Positions 1 through 10,737 of a stretch of DNA of 29,604 nt are shown here, piece by piece. Where the stretch lies: assembly GCF_006345805.1 (NCBI RefSeq), contig NW_021832906.1, positions 1 through 29,604 of the forward strand. The letters run 5' to 3'. Each line of letters opens with the position of its first letter. The first letter of the stretch is position 1. The notes beneath the pieces are model-generated. The model worked only from the letters and a program-made list of their open reading frames with translations. It did no database searches and was not told the origin of the DNA. Both the position numbers and the translations under genes were made by a program. Source of the DNA: Octopus sinensis (lineage: Eukaryota).

Positions 1-4
1 CATA

Positions 5-58
<54 letters not shown>

Positions 59-92
59 ATGTATGTAGTATGTATGTGGTGTGTGTGTGTGT
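1..92. repeat. (TA)n/(TG)n compound microsatellite
   Basis: Direct reading of dinucleotide runs. Confidence 0.95.
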
Positions 93-148
93 GTATACAT
101 GATAGGAATGTATACACTCAGACAATCGTATACATATATATATATAGA

Positions 149-269
149 GAGAGTTTACGAAAAAAACAAAAGACGAAGGCAGGTGGTGTACAAAACAAAC
201 AAATGTATTAGTATAACGCTCAGGAATAGAAAAAGTCTTCTACGTTTCGAGCCTACGCTCTTCTACAGA
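149..269 (-). mobile_element. Short dispersed repeat with a degenerate hammerhead-like motif (possible Penelope-derived end), copy 1
   Basis: Its reverse complement aligns with 23993-24119. The minus strand of 241-268 reads CTGTAGA-A-GAGC-gtag-GCTC-GAAAC-GTA. The repeat is seen directly; Penelope origin is inferred from the known association of minimal hammerheads with Penelope-like elements. Confidence 0.6.
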
Positions 270-346
270 AAGGGACACAGAAAAAACAATGAGTGAAACA
301 AGGAGAGAAAAAAATGTGTGTAATGGCTAACGATCTATCATGGCGA

Positions 347-460
347 CTGTATGTATGTATGTATGTATGTATGTATGTATGTATGTATGTATGTTTGTAT
401 ATATATATAGAGAGAGAGAGAGTGAGAGAGAGAAAGAGAGTGAGGGGGAGAGAGAGAGAC
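347..460. repeat. (TATG)n + (TA)n + (GA)n compound microsatellite
   Basis: Direct reading. Confidence 0.95.
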
Positions 461-769
461 ATACATTTACGTATATACCTGAACACTCACACACGTGCTC
501 ATATTACTAAACTGACACTGCATCGGTTGCGGCGACGAGCGTTCCAGCTGCTGCTCCGTTACCATAGAAACTGTCCCGATACCTTTTGACCAGATGTCGT
601 ATTAATTTATGGATGAGTTCAGTTATAAATTGTGTCACTCGATAGCACTTTGCTATTTTGTATGACATCCCACTTAAAGTTGACACTTTGGATATCTTCT
701 CTGTTTTCCTGCAAAAGAAAAGAGGATTACCAGCGGAATATACTTCATCATTGCTCTACTGGATCAAAG

Positions 770-2421
770 TCGATCTGATGTTAAACAACATCGAAGATCA
801 TGAAATACGGAACCTCTTGTGTGATTCAGGCGAAACTCGTCCTTCATCCTGCCGACCTTCCTTTAGCTAAAAGCCCCAAAGAACTTTAAGGAACTTCTAA
901 CGGTGCTTCTACTATAGCCTCGGGCCGACCAAAGCCTTATGAGTAGATTTGGTATATGGAAACTGAAAGAACCCTGTCGTATATATATTAAATTTCCCAT
1001 ATTTATCAATTTCAAATGTACAAACAAAAGTAGAAAATGTGCTGAATACCTACGATAAATGTGTAAAACGAGGAAAATACGATTCATTGAAAGGAATTTT
1101 TGACATCACAAAGGAAAATGGTGAATGGCTGTCCAGTGTGGATATCTTCAAATTAAAAGCAAGGGACAGGTTGGGCACAGAACTGGAAAGGCAGCCAGTT
1201 TCAAAACTATCCATCAATCTAAAAGAAGAAAAGTGTCCTTAATGCCAACTTCAACCAGAGCAACTCCAGTGTCATCATCAACATTTGATGTAGAGACTGA
1301 AAGTGAATATCAAGAGTCTGAAAAATCAGATGAAGAATCGACACAAGCTAGGAGGAAATCTAGCAAAACTGGAACTGCAACCAAGTTAGTAATATCTTCC
1401 AGGCTATCAACCCAAAAAGCAGCAACAGTTTGTCGACAATTATCTCAAGATGGAATCAATGTCGAGACTCCTTCCCAATCTGGTATTTACAGGTCGACTA
1501 TCAAAGAAGCTGTTAAACTAAAAAAGAAAATGAAGAAAACACTACATTTAGAAAACTGGTCATTGCATTTTGATGCTAAATGTATTGAAGATCAAGAAAA
1601 CTAAGTGTTAGTTTTAAAGAATAAACAGAGAAGTTAAGTTAGAAGTACTCCAATTACCAAAAGGAAAAGCCGATACTGTTGTGAAAGGAATAACAGCTGT
1701 TTTAGATGAATACAATTTATGGAACTGTGTGAACACTGGGAAAAGAAATAGCATTGTCATTCATTTGCAATGACTGTTTGCTCAAAAGGGTTTGAAAGAA
1801 CCGCAATTTATTTGTTGTCAGCATCATGTCCTTGATAGAGTTCTTAGTGCTGTAATGGATAACGAACTTGGAGACAAAAGTCATCTCCTAATATTGAATA
1901 TACATTCATCCCAGAGCTTCTAAGTAATTACGAGAAACTCCAGGCTAATTTCGACAATAATGAAGAAAAGATTACTGAATCAGCAGGATGGGGAGATGAC
2001 ATGAAATTTCTATTACATTTGACCAGAGTTTTTCGTTTCTATGAAGAAACCGGCAAATTTCTCACTGTAAAATTTCAAAAAATATACAACTTAAGTAATA
2101 CAAATGGAATTCTCGAGCAATACTAGTTCTTTTGGCATTATTCTTCTACAAGAGAAAAGAGTTTTGCCTCCCAATGTTTATCGATTCGTCTCTTACAGCT
2201 GGGCTGAATTTTGGTTTACTGACCAAATGTTCAATGCGCCTGAAAGTTCATAAAAAAGCGGTGAACTCTGTAAAAAACTTCTGGAGTCAAGAACCATCAA
2301 AACTGGAAATTCCCAGAACAAATCTGAGTGCTAAATGGGCAATCAATTACCTTCAAGATCTTTACATGTTTGTAAAAACAAGGAGAAACTTTTTTTATGT
2401 CCGTCTACATTTAAATCTATA
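770..2421 (+). pseudogene. Decayed DDE DNA transposase (CxxH insertion-domain class, hAT-like), with multiple frameshifts and stops and a SINE fragment inside
   Basis: Frame-hopping translation gives NFPYLSISNVQTKVENVLNTYDKC, WSLHFDAK (first catalytic D, 1572), EVKLEVLQLPKGKADTVVKGITAVLDEYNLW, FICCQHHVLDRVL (CxxH, 1816-1827), WNSRAIL and PRTNLSAKWAINYLQDL (degenerate ERA motif). Order and spacing fit a cut-and-paste transposase. Superfamily assignment is from memory of motifs. No TIRs found. Confidence 0.75.
904..988 (+). mobile_element. SINE family A (CORE-like) internal fragment
   Basis: cttctactatagcctcgggccgaccaaagcctt...ggaaactgaaagaa matches the copies at 4135-4200, 5928-5990, 6596-6660 and 26610-26690. 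Confidence 0.9.
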
Positions 2422-2684
2422 AATATACGCACACAATAGAATTATATAAAGTCAGATACGCACACAGATGCACTTACACGCACTTCAATGCATGTGTGCG
2501 TGTGTGTGTCTTTTGCGAGTGTGTATGTGTCTGTGCATGTAATTTATTATATATATATATATATCTATATATATATATATTGTTTTGTTTTACCTGAACG
2601 CAACATGTTAATACACGTTTCTATAACAGTCGGCCATTTCGTCGCTCTGTGATCACTGGCCAAATAAATGAATTTTACCTAATG

Positions 2685-2735
2685 AGCAGTGGTAGTAGTA
2701 GTAGTAGTAGTAGTAGTAGCAGCAGCAGTAGCAGC

Positions 2736-2786
<51 letters not shown>
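2685..2786. repeat. (TAG)n/(CAG)n trinucleotide repeat
   Basis: Direct reading. It produces the spurious poly-S and poly-Y ORFs. Confidence 0.95.
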
Positions 2787-2787
<1 letters not shown>

Positions 2788-3472
2788 AAAGATGTTGTTG
2801 TTACACTCTAAATCAGCGCTTCTTAAACTTTTTTCATTCATGACCCTGTTTTTCATGGCAAGATTTTTCGCGAGCGCACGTATTAAATATGAAATAAAAC
2901 AGAGAAATAAATACATGAATCATTTATTTATTTATTTGCTGAACAATTTACTTATAAAAAAAGTAGTTATATTATTTATCAAAATAAAAGTAATTTTCCG
3001 ATTTATTTCAAGTACAAAAATAAAGCAAAGAAAAAACCAAATGGCGGATGCGCTTGTTTTTTTTTTTTTTTTTTTTCTTGCTGCATAACAAATTAAACCT
3101 CGATGTAATATTTGACACTACTGAATGTAAAGCATTTTCTACGTTTTCCAGCGTTGAACGCTATTTGGTTTTAATAAGGTTTAAAGCCGAGAAAGCCGTT
3201 TCACATAGGCATGTGGTGCTAAACGACAAAACAACATGGAATGCCATTTCAGAAATAACATGTAAACTGTGAATTTGTGGAATAACTCATAAACTAGAAA
3301 TTCCAGTGCTTGAATTCAATTTTCGCAACCCCAGCATTTCGCTCCGCGACACCAAAAGGAAGCTGCGGCCCACAGTTTACGAAGCGCTGCTCTAAATCAT
3401 TATTTTCTGGTGACATGACGTGAAGAACTCCATTATCGAAAGGTCTGTGAGTGACTTTTTCCTTACAAACCG

Positions 3473-3662
3473 TTTGCTCTCCCTTTCTCTTATTGTATTT
3501 CCTCCTCCTCCTACTCCTCCTCTCGCGTTTCTTTCTTTCTCTCACTCTTCTTATAACTCTCTTCATATCTATTTCCCCCCTCCCTCTTTCTACTCTTCTT
3601 TCACCTTCCTTCTCCCTCTCTCTCCCAACCTCACTTCCTTCTCTATACTCTCTCTTCCCTAG
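3473..3662 (+). repeat. CT-rich dispersed repeat, inverted partner of 5326-5503
   Basis: Colinear with the reverse complement of 5326-5503, e.g. ctctcactcttc..taactctcttcatatctattt in both. Confidence 0.85.
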
Positions 3663-3907
3663 AAAATAATCGATTAGTGTCACAGCCAATCTATTGCTCG
3701 TGTGTGGCTCACCTTGAGATTAAATAACAATTTCCACTACTACTACTACTTCTATTATTACTGCTGCTGCTACCTCTACTAGTCATTGGACAAAAAAGTG
3801 AATTTTTTCCTTTTTGCTTTTTGTTTTGTCCAATGTGAGTTCTGGAAAGTTGGCTATTGTATCTAGCAGGCCAAGAGACTTCATGCAAAGTTCTTTATAT
3901 ATTTTCT

Positions 3908-4090
3908 CATTTTCTTCTTTCAGTCAAGAGACTGCGCTCATGCTGTGGCACTGCCTTGAAAAGTTTTATTCGAATGAATCGACCCCAGTGATAATTTCTT
4001 TGTCTTTAAACCATGATACTTATTCTATCGGTCTCTTTCCCGAACCGCTAGGTTACGAAGGACGAAAAAGAACCAACACCGGTTGTCAAG
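3908..4090 (-). mobile_element. SINE family A, 3' half
   Basis: Reverse complement of the family A tail (cttgacaaccgg...gcggttcgg.aaagagaccgatagaataagta...ggggtcgatt...gcagtc...gactgaaa). Confidence 0.8.
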
Positions 4091-4432
4091 TGGTTCCTGC
4101 GTTCAGTTCCACTGTGTAGCACCTTGGGCAAGTGTCTTCTACTATAGCCTCGGGCCGACCAAAGCCTTGTGAGTGGATTCGGTAGACGGAAACTGGAAGA
4201 GGCCTGTCGTACACGTGTGTATGTGTGTATGTGTGTGTATATGTTTGTGAGTGAGTGTGTGTTTATCTCCTCAACATCGCTTGACAACTGATGCTGGTAT
4301 GTCCCCGTAAACAAGCGGTTCGGAAAAGAAACCGAAAGAATAAGTACTAGGCTTACAAAGAATAAGTCCTGGGGTCGATTTACTCGACTAAAGGCGGTGC
4401 TCCAGCATGGTCCCAGTCAAATGACTTAAATA
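4091..4432 (+). mobile_element. SINE family A (tRNA-derived, CORE-like), near full length, 5' truncated
   Basis: B-box-like gttcagttcc, then gcaccttgggcaagtgtcttctactatagcctc (resembles the CORE-SINE ccttgggcaagt motif), an internal (TG)n run and a conserved tail ending aaatgacttaaataa. Confidence 0.9.
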
Positions 4433-4490
4433 AGAGCACCGCGACGCGTAATCACGGAGGTGTGAGTTCGAGTCTCATAGCCGGCTGCCA
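4433..4490 (+). pseudogene. tRNA-like 3' two-thirds (tRNA pseudogene or SINE head fragment)
   Basis: agagca, anticodon-like arm ccgcga/cgcgtaa/tcacgg, T-arm gtgag/ttcgagt/ctcat, agccggct-g-cca, then a T-run. The 5' part is missing. Confidence 0.45.
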
Positions 4491-4597
4491 ACACTTTTTT
4501 CTTTAAAATAGGGGTAGCTTATCCTGATCAGGCTATATTATTAACATTATCCTGCGTTTGAGAATTAAAAATCACTTCTATAACTTTAAAAGAATAA

Positions 4598-4745
4598 TAT
4601 ATATAGGACGGGCTTCTTTCAGTTTCCGTCTACCAAATCCACTCACAAGGCTTTGGTCGGCCCGAGCTTATAATAGACGACACTTGTCCAAGGTGCCAGG
4701 CTGTTGGACTGAACCAGGAACCATGTGGTTGGCAACGAAGCTTAT
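4598..4745 (-). mobile_element. SINE family A, 5' half
   Basis: Reverse complement reads ccaaccacatggttcctggttcagtccaacagcctggcaccttggacaagtgtc...ggaaactgaaagaagcccgtcc. Confidence 0.9.
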
Positions 4746-4825
4746 TTTTGTGCCTTCCATTATGATACTTCTTCGCTGTTTATTCAACATTTTTGCTGCT
4801 GTTTTCTTTTAAACACAATCATTTA

Positions 4826-5132
4826 TGGAGTAAAGATTGTTTGCCAACATAACATGGCAGTCCTGGTTTAGGACGAATGTTGCTGTAATTTAGCCCCAGG
4901 AGAGATCGTCTCCAGCTGGCTATACAACACGATCTGTGTCCTTACATTTTCGTACAAGGGAATCTAGCATCCCCACATTATGTCTGTGTGTGTCCTTTGT
5001 TCGAAAATAAATATAAGGACACAGATCGTGTCGTATAACCAGCTGGAGACGATGTCACCTGGGGCTAAATTACAGCAACATTCGTCCTAAACCAGGACTG
5101 CAATGTTATATTGGCAAAAAATCTTTACTCCA
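4826..5132. mobile_element. Foldback/MITE-like palindromic element, about 135-bp arms and a 33-bp spacer
   Basis: 4826-4960 is the reverse complement of 4994-5132. By hand count there are 8 mismatches over the outer ~123 bp, with a 44-bp perfect block gcagtcctgg...ccccagg. No clear TSD. Confidence 0.85.
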
Positions 5133-5325
5133 AAGTACTGTTGCTGAATATCTCACGTTGTGAGATTTACAAATAGTAATTTTCTAACGATAATTTGTTT
5201 TTTCTGTTATTTGGAAATAATAGTTTTGTTATCGGTTTGGCTTCCGCTTTCAAATTCAATTTTTAATTTGTGTCTGTTGCAGAGTTTAGAATGTCGTTGG
5301 CGATGAGGGAGAAGAGTAATTAGAA

Positions 5326-5503
5326 TAGAGAAGAGGGAGTATAGGAAAGGGAGTGAGGTTGAGGGGAGAGCAAGAGAAGTAAGGTGAAAGAAGAGTATAA
5401 AGTGGGCGGGGTGAAATAGATATGAAGAGAGTTAGAGGAAGAGTGAGAGAAAGAACGAAACCCGAGAGGAGGAGGAAATAGCATTAGAGAAAGGAAGAGC
5501 AAA
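5326..5503 (-). repeat. GA-rich dispersed repeat, inverted partner of 3473-3662
   Basis: See 3473-3662. Confidence 0.85.
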
Positions 5504-5867
5504 AGAATAGAAGTGAGGTACGGGGTGGAAGATAGGAAAAAGAAGATGAGAAAGTTGGATGTGCGTAAGAGAGAGATGAGGAGAGAGAGAGGAGAGAGGG
5601 GAGAGAGGGGAGAGCAGGATTTGTGGCAAGGTTCGCAAAGAATGACAAAATGTTTGTTTAGTGAGAGTAATTATCTGTAATTATAGCCGGTCTAGGAGGA
5701 GAGTTAATTGTATATTCAGGAGTTAATATATAATATGAGTTGAAATTGTTGAAATTGTAGAAAGATGACCCTAAAATGTTTGATGTTTCGGGAAGTAAAT
5801 AAATAAATTAATTAATTAATTAATCAATCATAGATAATAACAAAAATACATTACAACGGATTTGCTG

Positions 5868-5999
5868 AGGCATGGTAAGAAGTTCGCTTCCCAGCCACAT
5901 GGTTTCGAGTTCGGTTTCACTGCGTGTCTTCTACTATAGCCTCGGGCCGTCCAAAGCATTGAGTGGATTTGATAGATGGAAACTGAAAGAAGCCCGTCT
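5868..5999 (+). mobile_element. SINE family A, 5' part with internal deletion
   Basis: catggtaagaagttcgcttcccagccacatggtttcgagttcgg...tcttctactatagcctcgggccg...gaaactgaaagaagcccgtc. Confidence 0.85.
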
Positions 6000-6016
6000 G
6001 TATCTTACTTATTAAA

Positions 6017-6590
<574 letters not shown>

Positions 6591-6595
6591 GCTTA

Positions 6596-6722
6596 TTATG
6601 GCCTCAGGCCGACCAAAACCTTGTAAGTGGATTTCGTACTCGGAAACTGAAAGGCGACTGTCGTATATATGTGTATATTTGTGTATGTGTGTGCCTGTGT
6701 CTTGTGTTTGTACCCCCCACAC

Positions 6723-6772
<50 letters not shown>

Positions 6773-6965
6773 GTGTGTGTTTCTCCCCTACCGCTTGACA
6801 ACCGGTGTTGGTGTGTTCACGTCCCCGTAATCTAGAGAACCAACAGAATAAATAACAGACCCTAGCAAATATAAGCATTGGGATCGATTTGCTCGAGTGG
6901 AAATGCTTCAAGGCGATGCCCCAGCATGGCCATAATTTCCTAATGAGTGAAACAAGTACAATATA
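6596..6965 (+). mobile_element. SINE family A, 5' truncated, with expanded internal microsatellite
   Basis: ggcctcaggccgaccaaaacctt...gaaactgaaagg, (TG)n, cgcttgacaaccggtgttggtgtgttcacgtccccgtaa...ccccagcatggcc...tgaaacaagta. Confidence 0.85.
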
Positions 6966-8064
6966 TAAAAAAAATATTTAAGAACCGTAACAAAAGCAAG
7001 GGAGAGAGAGAGAGAAAATGAATGTGTGAGTGTGTGTGAGAGAGAGAGGGGGAGAGGGGGAGAGAGAGAGAGATGGGGAAGTGAAATGCAGAAGTCCCTA
7101 ATTTAGCCGACAGGTGCTTGCGTAAATGCCGACATTGAAATGCTAAATGCTGACGTATGTATACAGCTTTATTCACCAGCTCCAAAGTAGACGGGGAAGA
7201 GATATGAACTGAGAGAGATTATAGACCTCCTTGTGTATATAGGCGTGAAAGTAGGCGTAGACGTGTGTGTGTGTGTGTGTGTGTACGTGTGTGTATTGCC
7301 AGATGTGATTGTGTGGTTTGTATATGTGCTGTTTTGTGCACAATACCGTTGCCGCCTCTCTCATAACTTGACACCAACAAAACAATTTCAAAGTGTACAA
7401 CGATTGGTAACAAAGGCCGGCTAGTCATGTTTACTGGTGCTCTTACTGCTGTGTCTCTGTTCTCTTAACATCAATACATTCGCTGTTGTAGGCCTCTTAC
7501 TCTTTCCCCCAAACACACTCTCTCTCGTTCAGCATCGTTTCCTACCTCTTCGCCATCTCTCTCTCTCTCTCTTTCTCTCTATTGTTGCTTTATTGTTTCA
7601 CTCTCTTTTGTCTCATATTTCCGTTTAAGCTTTACCAGCGTTATCGATACACACATATGTGCGCTGATATTAAACCAGACGGCGTCATATACGTATAATA
7701 GTATATATAAATATATATATATATATGTTCTATGTGCGTGTGTAAAAGTATGTATGCATGTCTGTGTGTGTGTGCGTGAGAGAGAGAGAGAGAATGTGAG
7801 TGTGTGGTATGTGGCTGTGTTAGCAGAGTTCATTCCTGTTATAGCCATATTGAGATAAAGGCATCCGGTTGACTCCAGTTTCTGCATATTTCCGACCAAC
7901 ATTGACATGCAAATATTCAACATGGACGGCAGTTACATCAATCAGTGTCGGTTGCAGGGTCGTTAGGTATTCTCAGTTGATGAAGAATATAACTTCATTG
8001 CATAATATTCTACGCCATCTTTATTATAAATAGACAAATCACGTTGGAAAAATAGACGTTCGTT

Positions 8065-8690
8065 GTTTTTATTGATTTCAAATTTTTGGCACAAGGCCAG
8101 CAATTTCGTTGATGAGAGTCAACTCGTAACTGCTTTTATCGACTCCGGAAGAGGAAAGGCAAAGTCGTCGTCAGCAAAACCAGACAAAATGTTCTGTGCA
8201 CAAAATGGCCGCTACGCTTTTAGACGGCGTGTACTCACGATTCTGTTCTTTTCTACTCTAGGTACAAGGCCCGAAATTTTGGGGGAGGGGGCCAAGTCGA
8301 TTAGATCACTTCTAGTACGCAACTGGTACTTAATTTATCGCCTCCGAATGGATGAAAGGCAAAGTGAACCTCGGCGGAATTTGAACTCATAATGTAAAGA
8401 CAGACGAAATACCGCTAAGCATTTCGCCCGGCTTGCTAACGATTCTGCCAGCTCGCCGCCTTGGCGTACTAACGTTTCTATGGTCGTTAAGATATCGGTT
8501 TCAAACTATGGCACAAGGCCATCAATTTCAGGTGAGGGGTTAGATGGTTACATCGACCTCATAGCTCAACTGGTATTTCCCTTATCGACCTCGGCGGAAT
8601 TCGAACTCAGAATGTTCAGACGGACGAAATACTGCTGAGGATTTTATCGGGCTGCTAACGATCCAGCCAAATCCCTACCTTCTATGATCG
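8065..8690 (-). mobile_element. Three tandem SINE family B copies or fragments (about 8065-8175, 8245-8462, 8492-8690)
   Basis: Each carries reverse complements of family B blocks (ggcacaaggcc, ttatcgac, aaaggcaaagt, cctcggcggaatttgaactc, ctgccagctcgcc). Confidence 0.85.
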
Positions 8691-8713
8691 TTAATATATT
8701 AGCTCTAATGGTT

Positions 8714-8995
8714 AACGAGCTGGCAGAAACGATAGTAGGTGAAATGCTTAGCGGTATTTCGTCTGCCGCTACTTTCTGAGTTCAAATTCCGCCGAGGTCG
8801 ACTTTGCTTTTCATCCTTTCGGGGTCGATTAAATAAGTACCAGTTACGCACTGGGGTCGATATAATCGACTTAATCCCTTTTTCTGTCCTTGTTTGTCCC
8901 CTCTGTGTTTAGCCCCTTGTGGGTAGTAAAGAAATAGGTATTTCGTCTGCCGCTACGTTCTTAGTTCAAATTCTGCGGAGATCGACTTGCCTTTC
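8714..8995 (+). mobile_element. SINE family B, near full length, plus a second partial head (8937-8995)
   Basis: gagctggcagaaac (A-box-like), gagttcaaattcc (B-box), central tttcatcctttcggggtcgattaaataagtaccag, tail tttagccccttgtgggtagtaaagaaata. Confidence 0.9.
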
Positions 8996-9005
8996 GGCCC
9001 TAAAC

Positions 9006-9241
9006 AAGTAGTTATCAACAGGGGTTGGTTTGGTCCTTTATAGTTCCTTCTTAAAATCTGTGTCCAATAAACTGGTTCTACTCATACAATACACAAAATA
9101 CTAAAAGCATTTATTTTTATACAACTCCTTTAATTATAAAAATATAACAGTGTTTTTTAGACAACAAATGGTTATTTAGAGACCAACCAGTAAAATATTA
9201 ATGAAAGGGGTTCATCGGCAGAAAATTATTGAGAACCCCTG
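9006..9241. mobile_element. Possible hAT (Charlie-like) MITE relic
   Basis: Right end aaaggggttcatcggcagaaaattattgagaacccctg-ctcta resembles CAGGGGTTCTCAA-type hAT TIRs. The left end is a degenerate aagtagttatcaacagggg. Confidence 0.5.
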
Positions 9242-9877
9242 CTCTAAATACTCGGATAATTCGCCGCTTTCCTTTTAATTATTTTTGTAAAGAAGCATAA
9301 TAAATAATTAACGTGAACTATTTGAGTAACGTATCGTACTCTCAGACTTTTCGTAAATACTTAGCAGACATTTACAAACGAAGAAAGCTGTTTATATAAG
9401 AGACATTGGCGAAAAACTGACATTCTATCAAATAAAGGATACAGGAGCTAATTTGAATATTTCTACAGAGAATCCGTACATTATCGATTTTCCATTTTTA
9501 TTTCCTGAAATGCTGTCGAATATATTGGACTGATTGCTTGGTTTCTAAACTAGAATATTATAAGTAACAGTCATTGTTAATCCTGATATTTTATCGATCC
9601 AGTTGGAACTCTACAGTAATAAATGCTATTTATATACAATAGTAACTTTACAGGATTGAATTATTAACCTATTGCCAAACCAAACTACGTTGACTGTATA
9701 TTCTCATTGAAAACGAGTAAGAGAGTGAGAAAAGTAATTTAAATTCAATGATAGAGACACAAGCATAACCGTTCGGTTCATAGATTGGCTTCGCAATTGT
9801 ATGGCTCCAAGTTTAATACCGCAGGGCAATATGAAACTTCAGTGGAATCTGGAGTTGACGAATAGGTTGTTGAATTT

Positions 9878-10110
9878 AAGGCGACGAGCTGGCAGAATGG
9901 TTAGCACGCCGGGCGAAACGCTTAGCGGTATTTCGCCTGCCGCTACGTTCTGAGTTCAAATTCCGCCGAGGTCGACTTTGCCTTTCATCCTTTCGGGGTC
10001 GATTAAATAAGTACCAGTTACGCACTGGGGTCGATGTTATCGACTTAGTCCCTTTGTCTGTCATTGTTTGTCCTCTCTATGTTTAGCCCCTTGTTGGCAA
10101 TAAAGAATTA
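9878..10110 (+). mobile_element. SINE family B, full length with 17-bp target site duplication
   Basis: A-box-like tggcagaatggttagc and B-box gagttcaaattcc. Identical aataggttgttgaattt at 9861-9877 and 10111-10127. Confidence 0.95.
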
Positions 10111-10165
10111 AATAGGTTGTTGAATTTGATAGACGGGTACTAAACATTGTCCTTGAAGGCGTGTG

Positions 10166-10440
10166 GTATTGTTGTTAGCTTGTTGCACTCAGGATCGTAA
10201 GATCGTAGTTTCGATTCACTGAACGGGCGGTACGCAGTTTTTTTTTCTTTTTTTTTTAGCAAAACACTTCTTTTTATGTTGCTCTGCACTTACATTGACA
10301 TCTGACGTGTGGCACACTGTGCCATTTGATGGACGGAGTGAACGAATGTGCGGCACAAACATTTGATCACTCTAAACAAAGGTTATCTGTGCAGATTGCT
10401 CAGAAAACAAATTGCGGAATCCTCGTGTGTCGCTCTACCG
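10166..10440 (+). mobile_element. SINE family C (tRNA-derived head), diverged
   Basis: gaaggcgtgtggtattgttgttagc...gatcgtaagatcgtagtttcgattc (A/B-box-like), then agcaaaacactt...gttgctct. Similar heads occur at 18012, 19270 (minus) and 20903. Confidence 0.65.
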
Positions 10441-10514
10441 CCCCTTAAACCGTTCCTATCCCAAAATGAGACAACTTTTTCTCATTTCAGCTTTATAGAT
10501 ATTGATATACCAAC

Positions 10515-10737
<223 letters not shown>

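Noticed and set aside
3294-3689. R/E-rich and L/S/F-rich ORFs here and at 5320-5638
   Set aside because: Low-complexity GA/CT repeat; no protein-family motifs.
3784-3835. 12-bp inverted repeat cattggacaaaa/ttttgtccaatg
   Set aside because: Short and partly A/T homopolymer; not distinguishable from background.
8109-8130. TTGATGA-GAG-tcaa-CTC-GTAAC, a hammerhead-like core
   Set aside because: It has two core substitutions and no stem I, and it lies within a deleted SINE B tail, so it is probably coincidental.
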